A program made the position numbers and the translations under genes. This document shows, piece after piece, positions 1-10,800 of a stretch of DNA of 64,000 nt; position 1 is the stretch's first letter, and each line of letters begins with the position of its first letter. The DNA is taken from positions 372,001 through 436,000 of the forward strand of contig VJWM01000016.1 in the NCBI GenBank assembly GCA_010909165.1, given 5' to 3'. The DNA is from Anthoceros angustus (Eukaryota; Plantae; Anthocerotophyta). Under the pieces are notes generated by a model. That model searched no databases, was not told the DNA's origin, and saw only the letters and a program-made list of their open reading frames with translations.

Positions 1-130
1 AGCCATACAATATCTTGACGTAAACAACTGCTACTGCGTACTCCGTCTCTTTCCTTTTTGCATGTATTTTTTCCTTGATTTGACCGCAAGCCGACACCAG
101 ACGTTGAGTTGTACCTTATGTTGGCCTGAG

Positions 131-574
131 CAGCGCATTGCCCCACCGGTGCTCACCTTGCTCGCAGACCTAGATAGTCGGGTACGGTACTACGGGTGTG
201 AAGCAATTTATAACATAGCCAAGGTACGTTCACTGAAGCAGCTTCTGGTCCCCATAGACCCGAGCGAGCATCCGTTTCACCACATCCCAACGCAATTTCC
301 TCGCAGGTGTGCCAAGGAGACTTCCTCATCTATACCAAAGACATCTTCGATGCTCTCTCGAGGCTCTCTGCCGACCCTGACCAATGTGTTCGAAACGCTG
401 CGCAGTTGGTGGACGCCTTCGTGCAGGTGTGCTAGTCAGTCTTTGTGCTGTGGAATAGATGCACACCGTATTCAGATGTGAGACAAGCGGCGGAGGTGAC
501 ACCAAGTGTTGTGGGCTTGTGTGCAGGCCATCGTCAGTACTACTAACCGCCTTGTTTTAGCTCATACTGGATGA
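131..574 (+). CDS. VAC14: VAC14-like HEAT-repeat protein, last three visible exons (131-223, 307-426, 527-574); 5' part lies outside the window; ends right after the N-terminal HEAT segment
   Basis: The spliced translation QRIAPPVLTLLADLDSRVRYYGCEAIYNIAK|VCQGDFLIYTKDIFDALSRLSADPDQCVRNAAQLVDAFVQ|AIVSTTNRLVLAHTG* matches the VAC14 N-terminal motif D-x-D-SRVRYYACEALYNIAK...SAD...V..AA.LLD.LVKDIV (from recall). GT-AG introns at 224-306 and 427-526. Confidence 0.7.
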
Positions 575-887
575 ACGCGTAGCACAGCAATATTGTGAGC
601 CGCAACGGAGACCACCCTGGTTTCTTTCGTATTCAATTCTCACGAGCGTTGCGTCCACTGGATCTGGAAGACTGTCTAAGTGCTTGAATGCTAGTCCCGG
701 CGTCGTTCTAAGATGTTGCCTCTATAACTAAGGTGTTGCCTGTTGTCCATGAAACAAGCACAGTTTATGTGTCTTGGTCCTCGCTTTCGAAATACCGAGA
801 TGGAAAGATATCGAGGTATGAGCCCATGCTTTCAAGGGCTTTGCGGACACCAGAGCAGGTAGGCAGGTAGGCATTGAGTAGGCTTCC

Positions 888-1140
888 AAGGGCTACAAAG
901 GGGGTCTAAGGAGGTAGAGGCATACTTAAAAGAAGAGTCCTAAACCACACTTTTAAGGGCTACAAAGGGTGTCTAAGGAGGTAGAGGCCCATTAAAAGAA
1001 GAGTCTTAAGCTACGTCTATGGGGCACAAAGGGAGGGTAAGGAGGTAGAGGCCCTCTGAAAAGAAGTGTAGTCTGGTGCCACCAAACTACACTTCCAAGG
1101 GCTAAGTCAAGGAAGTAGGGGGCCACTGAAAAGGAAAGTT
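888..1140. repeat. Imperfect tandem repeat, about 67-bp period, 3 full copies plus 1 degenerate copy
   Basis: The unit aagggctacaaaggg..ctaaggaggtagaggc...aaaagaag starts near 888, 955, 1022 and about 1097. Confidence 0.8.
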
Positions 1141-2752
1141 CAGTCCTTTTTTTTTTTTTCATCTTTAGTTCACACGTGTCAACTTTCGGGTTTATGTGTT
1201 AATGCTTATAAAGTGTCGAGAAAAAAGATATGTTGATGTTGCATACAATTGTTACTGTCATGAGAACTGAATATATATTCTACTATAAGATATGGTGACT
1301 GACTACTGCATATTGCTTCATACTTGTACAAGCTACGGCCTAACTGCCTTGGATAGTTTAACTTGTGTCCGATGAAGTTTGCTGTGAAAAGTTGCCTTAC
1401 TTACAATTATAAGTCTTCATACCTTGTTGTGAGTCTAACCTAGCTTAGGGCTATACACTATAAGAGTGTGAGTGATAACATATATTGGTATCTTGAGCAT
1501 TTTTCTTGGCCTTGCAAATGAAAGAATTAGAAGAAATGTATTAAATCCTACTTAACACCTCTTTGATGAGATTTACTGTATCATTACTCTTTCACACTTT
1601 ACTATTATGATAAGAAATATGGGGTCTCCACTATTGACCTTAGGGAGGGCAACATAACCTTATACTAAGGCCGCATGAGGGGTTGCCAATTCTTGGAAAT
1701 GGGAACACCTAAGATGTTCCATGCCAATCGTCATGCAAGGAGTGTTTAACTGTAAATTCTATTTACAGTTAAACATGTAAATATAAATATACATTATGAA
1801 TTTATATGAATTAAAATTTAAATAATCACCGTAAAAAATGGCGAACAACACATGGAGGCCAAGGGCCTAGGTAGGGAGAAGCATAAAGAGCTACCTAAGA
1901 TACGGTACTGGGTACTGAAAGAATTATGAGATAAACGCCTCATGCTCAGGGTATATAATCGGACGACTACCTACGTAGGTAGACTCTTTAGAATAGACTC
2001 CGCCTTTAGATAAATCGACAGAAGAAGCGTGCTTTAAGACAGGAGCAGCCAGTAGCCATGAAAGTTCGGCGATCCAGACAAAAAACCGCAAGTTAGGAAA
2101 CGAGAGTAAAACAGGCGTTTATTTCGCCGTAAGAGACCACGAGTTTGCTTCCCGCCTAGCCTTCTGTCTTGACGACCCCGGCCAGTGCAGGCTGGCTCGT
2201 GCCGAACCATCTCCGACATTTTCCCGTTCCTCCTGGTTGCCAAGCGAAGGTGTTTCGCTGTTCTCATGGGCGTGGAAAGCTGCTAATGCTGGGCGCTCCT
2301 GTTCTTGAAGACCGACTTTCTGGCCAGGACGGTTTCCGTAATCACAGGTTGCACCTAGTCTGAATGACTTTGCTTTAGCGCCTTTTTTGAAACCCGGACG
2401 CGGCCTCATCCTGTTGAACATGAGGTTTTTCGCTATTCCATGGGAACCCACCTGCGATTGAGCAGCCCATTTTGGTTATCACGTGGACCCTCGACGTTGT
2501 GTTTCAAGATCTAGTCGGTAAGCGCCTTTCACCCGCCCTCCTGGATTCTTCTCGTCTCTAGCGGCTTTCAACCTTTCGCTGCTGTGGCGTCTGGTGTCAC
2601 CAAACTGGACCCTAGGGTCCAGTGTTTCTGCAGATTCAGTGTTTTCGGTTTCGGCCAGCTTTTTGCGCTCCGCATCTGGGAACTGGTACTAGGCATCTTG
2701 CAGTCGTCCTCGGTCAATAACTTGTTTTTGTCTTTTTTACTCCTGTGCAGCA

Positions 2753-5010
2753 ATGGTGGGAGAGTCGTTGAGCACGTCCGTTCAGTTTGTTCTCAGTAGG
2801 AAAGCAGCTTCACAGTCTTCTGCAGCCCAGCCCGTTCGAGACTTCGCAGATGCGTCCCCAGCTCTGAGCCGGGTTGATGCTGCAGATTGTGGGGAATCTG
2901 CAGACGTATCCAGCACTTGCAGCCCCATGTCACTAGTGGCAGGGATAACCCAAGCAGCAGCTGCAATGGTGATGAGATCCCCAGGGCAAGCTTGTTCCCT
3001 GGTGTTTGAAAACTCTCCTGTCAGTGTTTTTGATGGTAAGGGCTTCGCTGATAGGACATTGGTGGAAAAGCCTGTCTGTTCATTTAGCTTGACGCAATCC
3101 ACCGGTGCAACGTGTCTTCTGACCTCGGGATTTTGCTGTCCTGATATTCTAGGCCCCTCCTTGGACTACCTATCTCCCATTCCATCAGGGAACAGCAAGT
3201 TCGAAGTTGGTAGTGGAGTAAGATTGGATCCTCAGCTGCATGATGCTTCTTCACATGCGAGCCATGCAAGTGTTAGCAGGACCTCACCAACTGACAACGT
3301 TCAGCTGCCATTGAGGGCTGCTGGCCTTCCCCCAATTTCGACTCAGAGAAAGCCCCTTATGTCAGAAGAGTCTGGCGTCTCGGGCTGGCGGAGACAAGTT
3401 CGTAAGGTTAGTGTGCATTCAAGCGTTTTCTGTTTCATCGTTTTCTCTGCACTATTTGAGTACCTGACTTTGGTGTGCAGTGCAGGCTGAGAGTAGATGT
3501 GTCAGTGCGAGTGACAGCATTGGTAGAGGTGATGATGAGGGTGAGGCTGAAGTTCAGGGCAAAGTAGAGATTTCTGTTGGGAGTATTAAAGATGAAGAGA
3601 TCGATGAGCCAGAGTCACCATCCACGCCCTGCTCCACATCGAGGCCTCACATACTAGAGTGTCCTGATGCCCCTTATCTAAGGTTTCAATCTACCTGGCC
3701 ATGGAGACTGAGTAGAGTGTTGCAGTCAATAGAGAGCCTGCGTTGGTAGGTGGTGGCTCTTGGTCGCAGGAACATAGGGGGGGAATAGTCCTTTGATGTT
3801 TGTTTGGGCTTCAGAATCTGTGACGGCGTCTGCCTACAGTCCTTCTAAACGGGTTTCTCTCTGCTACAGCCGAACCAAGGATCTCTCAAGGCAAAGCAGT
3901 CTGAAAGAAACGAAGTTGCTAATGACTACGCACTTGAAAAGAAGTGCTAGCATTTTCATGTTTGACAAACACTTCGAGTTCATTAGAGAAATTGGCCGAG
4001 GCTCCTTCAGCACTGTAAGTACACCTTGATTGCCTCCTTTGCTCAGATAGCTTCAAGCACATCTCATCTCTCGCTCTTGAGCTCTTGAGTGTAGTACGAG
4101 ACTACTTCTGACTTTACTGTGGTGTTGCCTCTCCACAGGTCTATGAAGCAAGGGACAGAAGGGGTGGCTCGCTTTGTGCTGTCAAGATGAGCAAGCGTCA
4201 GTTCCGCAACAGGGAAGACAGGGAGCGGTATTTGAGAGAGATTCAGAGTGTGGCTGATTTGACTGAACATCCGAACGTGGTGAAATACTTCCGGGGCTGG
4301 CAACAGCATTCACACTTCTACGTGCAAATGGAGTTGTGTGAAGGAGGCAACTTGAGGACATATGTAGACTCATTGGAGCAACCTCTTTCAGAGTCTCAGG
4401 TATAGATGTTGCCGTCGTCTACACAGGTTTTGTTTGTGTTGGATTCCTTATCTTGGGATACGAGCTCAAGGCGTTTCTGGAATACAGATATGGGCCTTTA
4501 TCACCCAGGTAGCGTCCGGTCTACATCACATCCATTCGAATGGTCTATTGCATCTTGACATCAAGCCAGAAAATATATTTGTTGACAACGATGGTACGTA
4601 TTCTGAGGGGTTCCTCCTTTATTTCTGGGGGAGGGTACGTTGATCTATTGCTTGGGTCGGTGTACTCAGGATTTGCTCGTCTATGTGCAGAAATCCTGAA
4701 GATCGGAGATTTTGGACTTGCGGTTCCTCGGAGACTGTGGGAGTGGGAGGAAGGCGACGGAGCTTACTTAGCGCCAGAGCTTCTCAAGGAACAGGAACCG
4801 AGCACAGCAGCTGACATGTATAGCTTTGGTGCGATGGTATTTGAATGGGTGACCGGTAGCAGGCTTCCACGTTCGGGGCCTGCTCGAGAGGGCCACCTGG
4901 AGATACCCGATAGCAGGTCTGGCACGCTTGCCGCACTTGTCAAGTCCTTGTTGAGCTCTGATCCCGACAGCAGGCCTAGCGCAACAGATGTGTTAGCTTG
5001 GATTAAATGA
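2753..5010 (+). CDS. WEE1: Wee1/Myt1-family protein kinase, multi-exon, with a long Ser-rich N-terminus
   Basis: Kinase motifs across exons: IGRGSFST, AVKMSK, LREIQSV, YVQMELCEGG, HLDIKPENIF, KIGDFGLA, EEGDGAYLAPE, ADMYSFG, RPSA. The EGD activation-segment motif marks the Wee1 family. ATG at 2753, TGA at 5008-5010. Confidence 0.8.
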
Positions 5011-5831
5011 CAGACCGTCTGCACGGCGCAACTAAGTCACACGGTTACCATAGCCACCGCACATTTTTGTGTACATAGTCTGCCTATACGCTGTTGCTTC
5101 ATGTCGTATCAGGTGTGGAGATGGGCCATTAGGGGGTTTAAAAGATAATGTAATTGGAGAACATGTGACGACTAATTTTTAAATGTGACGATGATAGGAA
5201 TTTTGAGTATATTTATTATAAAGTAATGCCAATGGTATACGAAGCCCTTTTGACAGTTGGCCCATTAGTCATTTTTAAAATTCATTTTGAAAAAATGATT
5301 TTTTAAAAATAATTAGAGTTCGCTCCAAATACCAATATTTGTTTGCTTAGCTACTTTAAAATAATGACTAATGGGTACTTGGGCTGGCCTAGGGGATTGT
5401 TCACCGTCATCCACGTGTAGGTGGGACTTCCCATCTCTATATATATGTATAAAGCCTTCATTCCTCTTTGATCAATGATTTGTTGCAGCAAGACGGACTA
5501 ATAAATCATTTGGTATATGAGACTAACAGCTCTTACGTAGCAAAGTGCTTTGCTTCTTTTTAATTGATTTAATCAATTCATTCTTTTGAGTACACTTAAT
5601 GATCAAGCAACTTTAGGTTTAGGTTGTCAATTTATATTATTTATTTTATATATATCAATTGATTAAATAGTTATACATTTTATAGATTTATAGATTGATA
5701 GATGTACTTCATAATTCTTATTAAATACAGACCTACAAAATAGGAATAGAAGAGGAAGCAGAATACCTAAAGAGAAACTCATACACATGAACCATTTTTA
5801 TAGATAATATTTAGGATAGTATACTATTTAT

Positions 5832-6485
5832 ATGCAAATAGTAGATATTGGATTTGTAATGGAGTTGGTCCATTTGTTTCCAAAGAAAGAAATCAAAGAA
5901 CATACAACTATTTGTGTATTATGCTCAACACTACTTAAACATTATTCATGGATTAGGCTTTCAGAATGTGAACATCCTTGTCATGCACATTGTTTTTTAA
6001 AATACTTGGCGATTCAAGACGTAAATAATGAAACCAAACAAGAACCCAAACATACATGTCCATCAAAAGATTGTGGAAAAGAATTAAAAATACCATATTA
6101 CCATGCAAATATGTACACATCTAGAAATATAGTCAATGAAAACCCACGAGAAATAGGTGAGCATGAAGTATGGCAGACACACTTTCAATTGAAAGGTAAC
6201 AATAAATCATTGTTGTCCAGCTCATCAGAGCAAATAGAAATTAATGAGGGTGCCAGAGAAACAATAAGATTGAATGAGATTTATGAATATCAAAGATACA
6301 TGATAGCCGACCTGAAAAAGGATGACCTTTTGCAAGATACAGTTTTTGATGCAATTGCCTTGCCAAATCAAGAAATATATTGGTTAGACCCTTCTAAAAT
6401 TCCTCCACCCCCTCCACTTCCTAAAAAGAAACCTCCACCAGCTGCTGAAAAAAAGAAAAAGAAAAAGAAAGAAGATGATGAGTGA
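5832..6485 (+). CDS. RING-H2 / RBR-RING1-like zinc-finger protein with a Pro- and Lys-rich C-terminus; may have an upstream exon
   Basis: 217-aa ORF with CVLC...CEHPCHAHC...CPSKDC, fitting C-x2-C..C-x-H-x2-H-x2-C..C-P-x3-C, and the tail IPPPPPLPKKKPPPAAEKKKKKKKEDDE. It lies in a visibly AT-rich segment. Confidence 0.55.
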   Translation: MQIVDIGFVMELVHLFPKKEIKEHTTICVLCSTLLKHYSWIRLSECEHPCHAHCFLKYLAIQDVNNETKQEPKHTCPSKDCGKELKIPYYHANMYTSRNIVNENPREIGEHEVWQTHFQLKGNNKSLLSSSSEQIEINEGARETIRLNEIYEYQRYMIADLKKDDLLQDTVFDAIALPNQEIYWLDPSKIPPPPPLPKKKPPPAAEKKKKKKKEDDE

Positions 6486-7060
6486 CAGGTACTACAAATA
6501 ATGGGGAATTATTATGAGTTATAAATCACAATAGCTTACTTAAAGTTTAGCCACAAACCTAATCCTTATTTATTTAATTTTAATATATATCTAAAAAATA
6601 AAAATGTACTATAATGATAAATTAAACCTTTAGATTAATTATGTATAATATCCACTTGATGTAACTTGATTTCCCATTCCCCTTGAACTAACTTCTATGG
6701 AGCTTAATGTAGAGTTGCTTAGAATGCGTTGTCTTTGTTTATTAGGTTGTTTATCACAACCTAATAAGTACATAAAGATCATATTCAAATGATTATATTT
6801 TAATATAATATTATATATCTATCTTATTTTTGTCAAAACAGTTCTTCATTGAAATATCCTACACTATCTTATAAAAACTATAAAATGCATAAATACTTAT
6901 AGGTTTGTAAACCAGGTATGCGCAAATTATACACTATGCACAAATTACATATCACTTGATCTTCTTTTTGACAAGTGACATTCTAACCAAAGCCAAGTGA
7001 TCTCTTTGGGAATGGGGTGCAACGGCGCAACTCATCCTCAACTGTGCTTAAAAAATACTC

Positions 7061-7171
7061 CTGCTTTTTTCCTAGATTTTTAAATCCTCCAGCACTCTCT
7101 GCTTTTTTCCTAGATTTTTAAATCCTCCAGCACTCTCTGCTTTTTTCCTAGATTTTTAAATCCTCCAGCAC
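7061..7171. repeat. 38-bp tandem repeat, 3 copies
   Basis: ctgcttttttcctagatttttaaatcctccagcac(tct) starts at 7061, 7099 and 7137. Confidence 0.95.
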
Positions 7172-7847
7172 GCCCTGATTACAAATCTTTTGGGCTGGAT
7201 AGCTGCTAAAATGGGGTGCTTTGCTTAAATGTTTTCTTTAGTAAGTAATGAGTTCTTAGGTCCTAACTAAAGAACTACAAGAACCCCCGCAACATAACTT
7301 TTCAATTTGATGTAAGATAAGAATTAAGACGTGGATCAAGTCTTTCTCATAAGAAGAATTGCTCCACTTTAGAGGTAGCAATTTCCGAAAGCAATAGTGC
7401 TCAATCGAAGTCGGTGAACAAACCTCCACAATTGGATGGTGGACTCCATCCTTAATTTTCAAAATAATGATATATGCAAAGTATCAATTATGTCCTTGGG
7501 GAGATCATTCGGATTTGCCCGATTCTTCACCATTAAAGCTAAAGATCAATCTTTCGCCAGATTCTAAGGGTGCTCAACCCATTCCAGAAACCCGTGAACG
7601 AACCCTCATTTTGACAGTATTTTTCGCTAAGTCCTACAAAAAGTAACTCAAATAGAGACAGACCCAGAGTACGAGGCGTTCCATTGTACCAAACCTAGAG
7701 TAGCCATCCTCCAGTAAAATCTGAACTCATCTGCGTCTCCAGTTCGCTTCTTACTGCTTGGCAAGAAAGAACCTTCAAAAGTCAACAACAGCTTCAAAAA
7801 GTCTCCGAAGTGCAATGGCACCGGGAATGTCCGAATTTGGCTCAACA

Positions 7848-10800
7848 TCAAGGGACAGTAACAGAGAGGAGTTGGGAGGACGTTGATGGGGCCGTCAGTG
7901 GTTGGCTACTCTGTGGCTGCTGGCCAGTAATTTTCTCAGACCTCTCCGTGGTACTGCCGGCGTTCTCCTTCACAACCTTGTCTTTGGCTCTCTGAAAATC
8001 CTCAAGCCCCCGAAAATCTTCATTCAACAGCTTCTCTAGCTCTGGACGCTTTTTGTGTTGCCTCCTCCTTTTGTCCTTCCTGTAGAAATGGAAAGCCCTG
8101 ACACGGGAGCACACATTCCAAAAGTGAAAAATTTACCCATGCCAGGTATGTTTTCGAGGGCACGTTTCAAAAGCGACATGGGGCGCCACCTAGCCGCAGA
8201 TGCATTCCACGTACCAGTATTTTTCAAGCCCATACAAGTTCCCCTTCTTGTAAGTTTCCCACGTTAGCTCCTCAAAATCATCGTACAAATCCTCCCTGAA
8301 TTTTTGTTCTAGCCCGTAGCTGTGTACACAACGACCAGTCTTACGTTAGCACAACAATTTTTCTCACAGCTGGGTAGGGTAACAATCATACACGAGGACA
8401 TTTTAGAACCTTGGTCACCTGTAGAATCTGAAGAGGCATTCCATCCCATAGTTGTAGTTTGCTGCGGCGTCTTCCTCAGCAAACTTCCGGAACTCATTGT
8501 ACATAGACCTGTTGAAATTCGTCCGGAGGAAGTATGACCAGAACCGGAAAAGTGTGTTCATCTCCTGCACCAGGAATACGAGGATTCAGACCCGCAGGTA
8601 GGCTCTAAACACCAACAACAACCCACAATCAAAGTTAATGAACTCGTCGGTGGCTGCAACGTGCAACAACAAAAATAGTGCTGACTCACCTCACTACACC
8701 CAATTCCAACTCGTTTCCGATCCAACAGGCAACGCTTGTAGAACTTGTCGTACCTGTCTCCAATTGCCACAGGCATCAGAAGTGCAAACGACACTTCGAC
8801 AGAACATGAATACAATAATTGAGATCCGTCAGATTGGGTTCTTACTTCTGCTGTTTGAATCCATTATCCTCAAGTAAAGCATGGCTGGGATGCTGAAAGT
8901 GTGGAAAAGATTTTGGAATCGATCCCACTGGTGGACTGCTTCCGGGGATAAAGCCACTCAGAGGAGAGGTGCCATAAGGAGAGGAGCCAAGCCGTGCAGA
9001 TGCTGACCCAGTCGCAGAACTGCCACTGTAACAGCTATAAGACGTCAGGGCCCACTTCCTGTCCCCCTCATCCCATTCAAGCGAGAGAGAAAATGAAACT
9101 GCAAAGCTGTACCTGTCAGGAGGGGTAGACCCAAAGAAAAATCCAACTGAATTGCTTGGGGGGCTCTCTGAGATCATCTGGATGCTGGTAGAACTACGAG
9201 CCACCATGTCCCTTGGGGCACTTGGAAACAAACGTTGTTGATGTGCAGAGTGAGCACCAGCACTGGCTTTAGAAATCCCTCTCAATGGCCTTGCAGAAGC
9301 TGGCTTGTCTGAGCCACTGCCACCACTGCTACCAATACTGCCGACAACTGGACGTGCAGAAACTTCACCCCCACTACTAAATGCTCCTGAATCGCTAATG
9401 CCCTGAGTACGGTTTTTACTTGGTTGCATTGCCGACCTGCGCTTTGACCTGCCTAGATTTTCCTCCTGCAAGGACTGTTTCCCACGGAGGAGAAAAAATT
9501 TATGAGAAAGGAATCTGGGAGAAAATTTACCCATGGGCTTCTCACAATCTCAGGTACAAATCAAGTCATGTGCACTTAAGGATGCCTGGTGAAAAAGGAG
9601 AGAAAACCATGACCACCTGCTCATAGAAGTAGAGACCATCGTTGATCACTGCACTCAGCTCATCAGAGATTGCTTTTCGTCCATGATCTCTTCCATCAGG
9701 ACCCTTCCTGTCTGTCTTACTTGGCTTCCGGCTCTGAAGCAGACAAGACCATGAGATGACCAAATTCACGAAAGGTGGAAGCACTGCTACAAATAAGTCA
9801 CCCCATGCTAGAGAAATTGCAGCATCAGGATTAAGGCACAGGAGAAATCTAAACTAGGGCACAGAACAGTCAGTGTCGTTCACCAACCCCAGCGCAGTTT
9901 CCTGGACATTTCACGAGCACTAGGTACAACTTCAGCATTTATTATCAACCAAAAGCCCAAACACCTTGCCAAGGAACGTGAAGGTGGGCAGCACACAAGA
10001 CAAGCTTGGTTTCTGTGAGAAAACTACTCACAAAACAGGAGGTTACAAGTTCATGCTAGTTTGTACACCATTTACGATACCTAGGTGGGCACTTAGGATG
10101 CTATAACAGGCAAATTGCGAAGTCGCCTGCCACTAGTAATTCGCAACATGGTGAGTCGAAGTGATTCACGACATGGTAAGTAGAAAGAAACAAACCATGC
10201 TGGTCTTAAGACATCATTCCTACTACCCCGATGACAGCAACGAGCTTTTTCATTAGAAGATCCCAACTACTTCTATAGAAAGTTAAGGACAACGATGGCT
10301 TTCCTGTCAGGATGGCCTAAATCAACGAAATCCCATGCACTTTGGACTTCCTGATAAATTAACAACGCGCAACCTCTTCCCATGAGAGTTGCCAAAAGTA
10401 CTGGGGAAACCATGAACGCCTTTGCTCTGATGAGAAAAGCAAGGAGAGCATAGACAACGAGGTCCAAACTGCTCTTCCGCAACACCTTCCAAACAAGGGT
10501 CAAGCACATAGAAGAGACCATGCATCCTGTTGTTCTTATGAGGATAAAATAGATCAAAACCCAAACTCCTTTCAGATCCCAGTCAGCCTTAAACCCACTT
10601 CGTGCAACTGCATGCGAAGTTTTTGAAGCCCATGAGTGAGACTTCAAGCAGGCACGAAGAAGAGAAATTCAAACTGGTCTCCCAGATATTCAAAAAAAAA
10701 AGAAAAACCACTCTTCCAGATCCGAGTCAGCCTTCAAGGATATAACCATACTCAACCACTTATGGGCTTATACAAACAACGTCAAAAAGTTGATACAATT

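Noticed and set aside
62-481. 139-aa ORF as a single CDS
   Set aside because: It reads through introns. Only 131-223 is VAC14-like in that frame; the next exon is in another frame.
2034-2451. Short ORFs upstream of WEE1 (110 aa and 77 aa, minus strand)
   Set aside because: No recognisable motif or splice support. Probably promoter or intergenic sequence.
5261-5375. 13-bp inverted repeat (cccattagtcatt / aatgactaatggg) suggesting a MITE
   Set aside because: No target-site duplication seen, and the short IR lies in AT-rich DNA. It cannot be supported without copy-number data.
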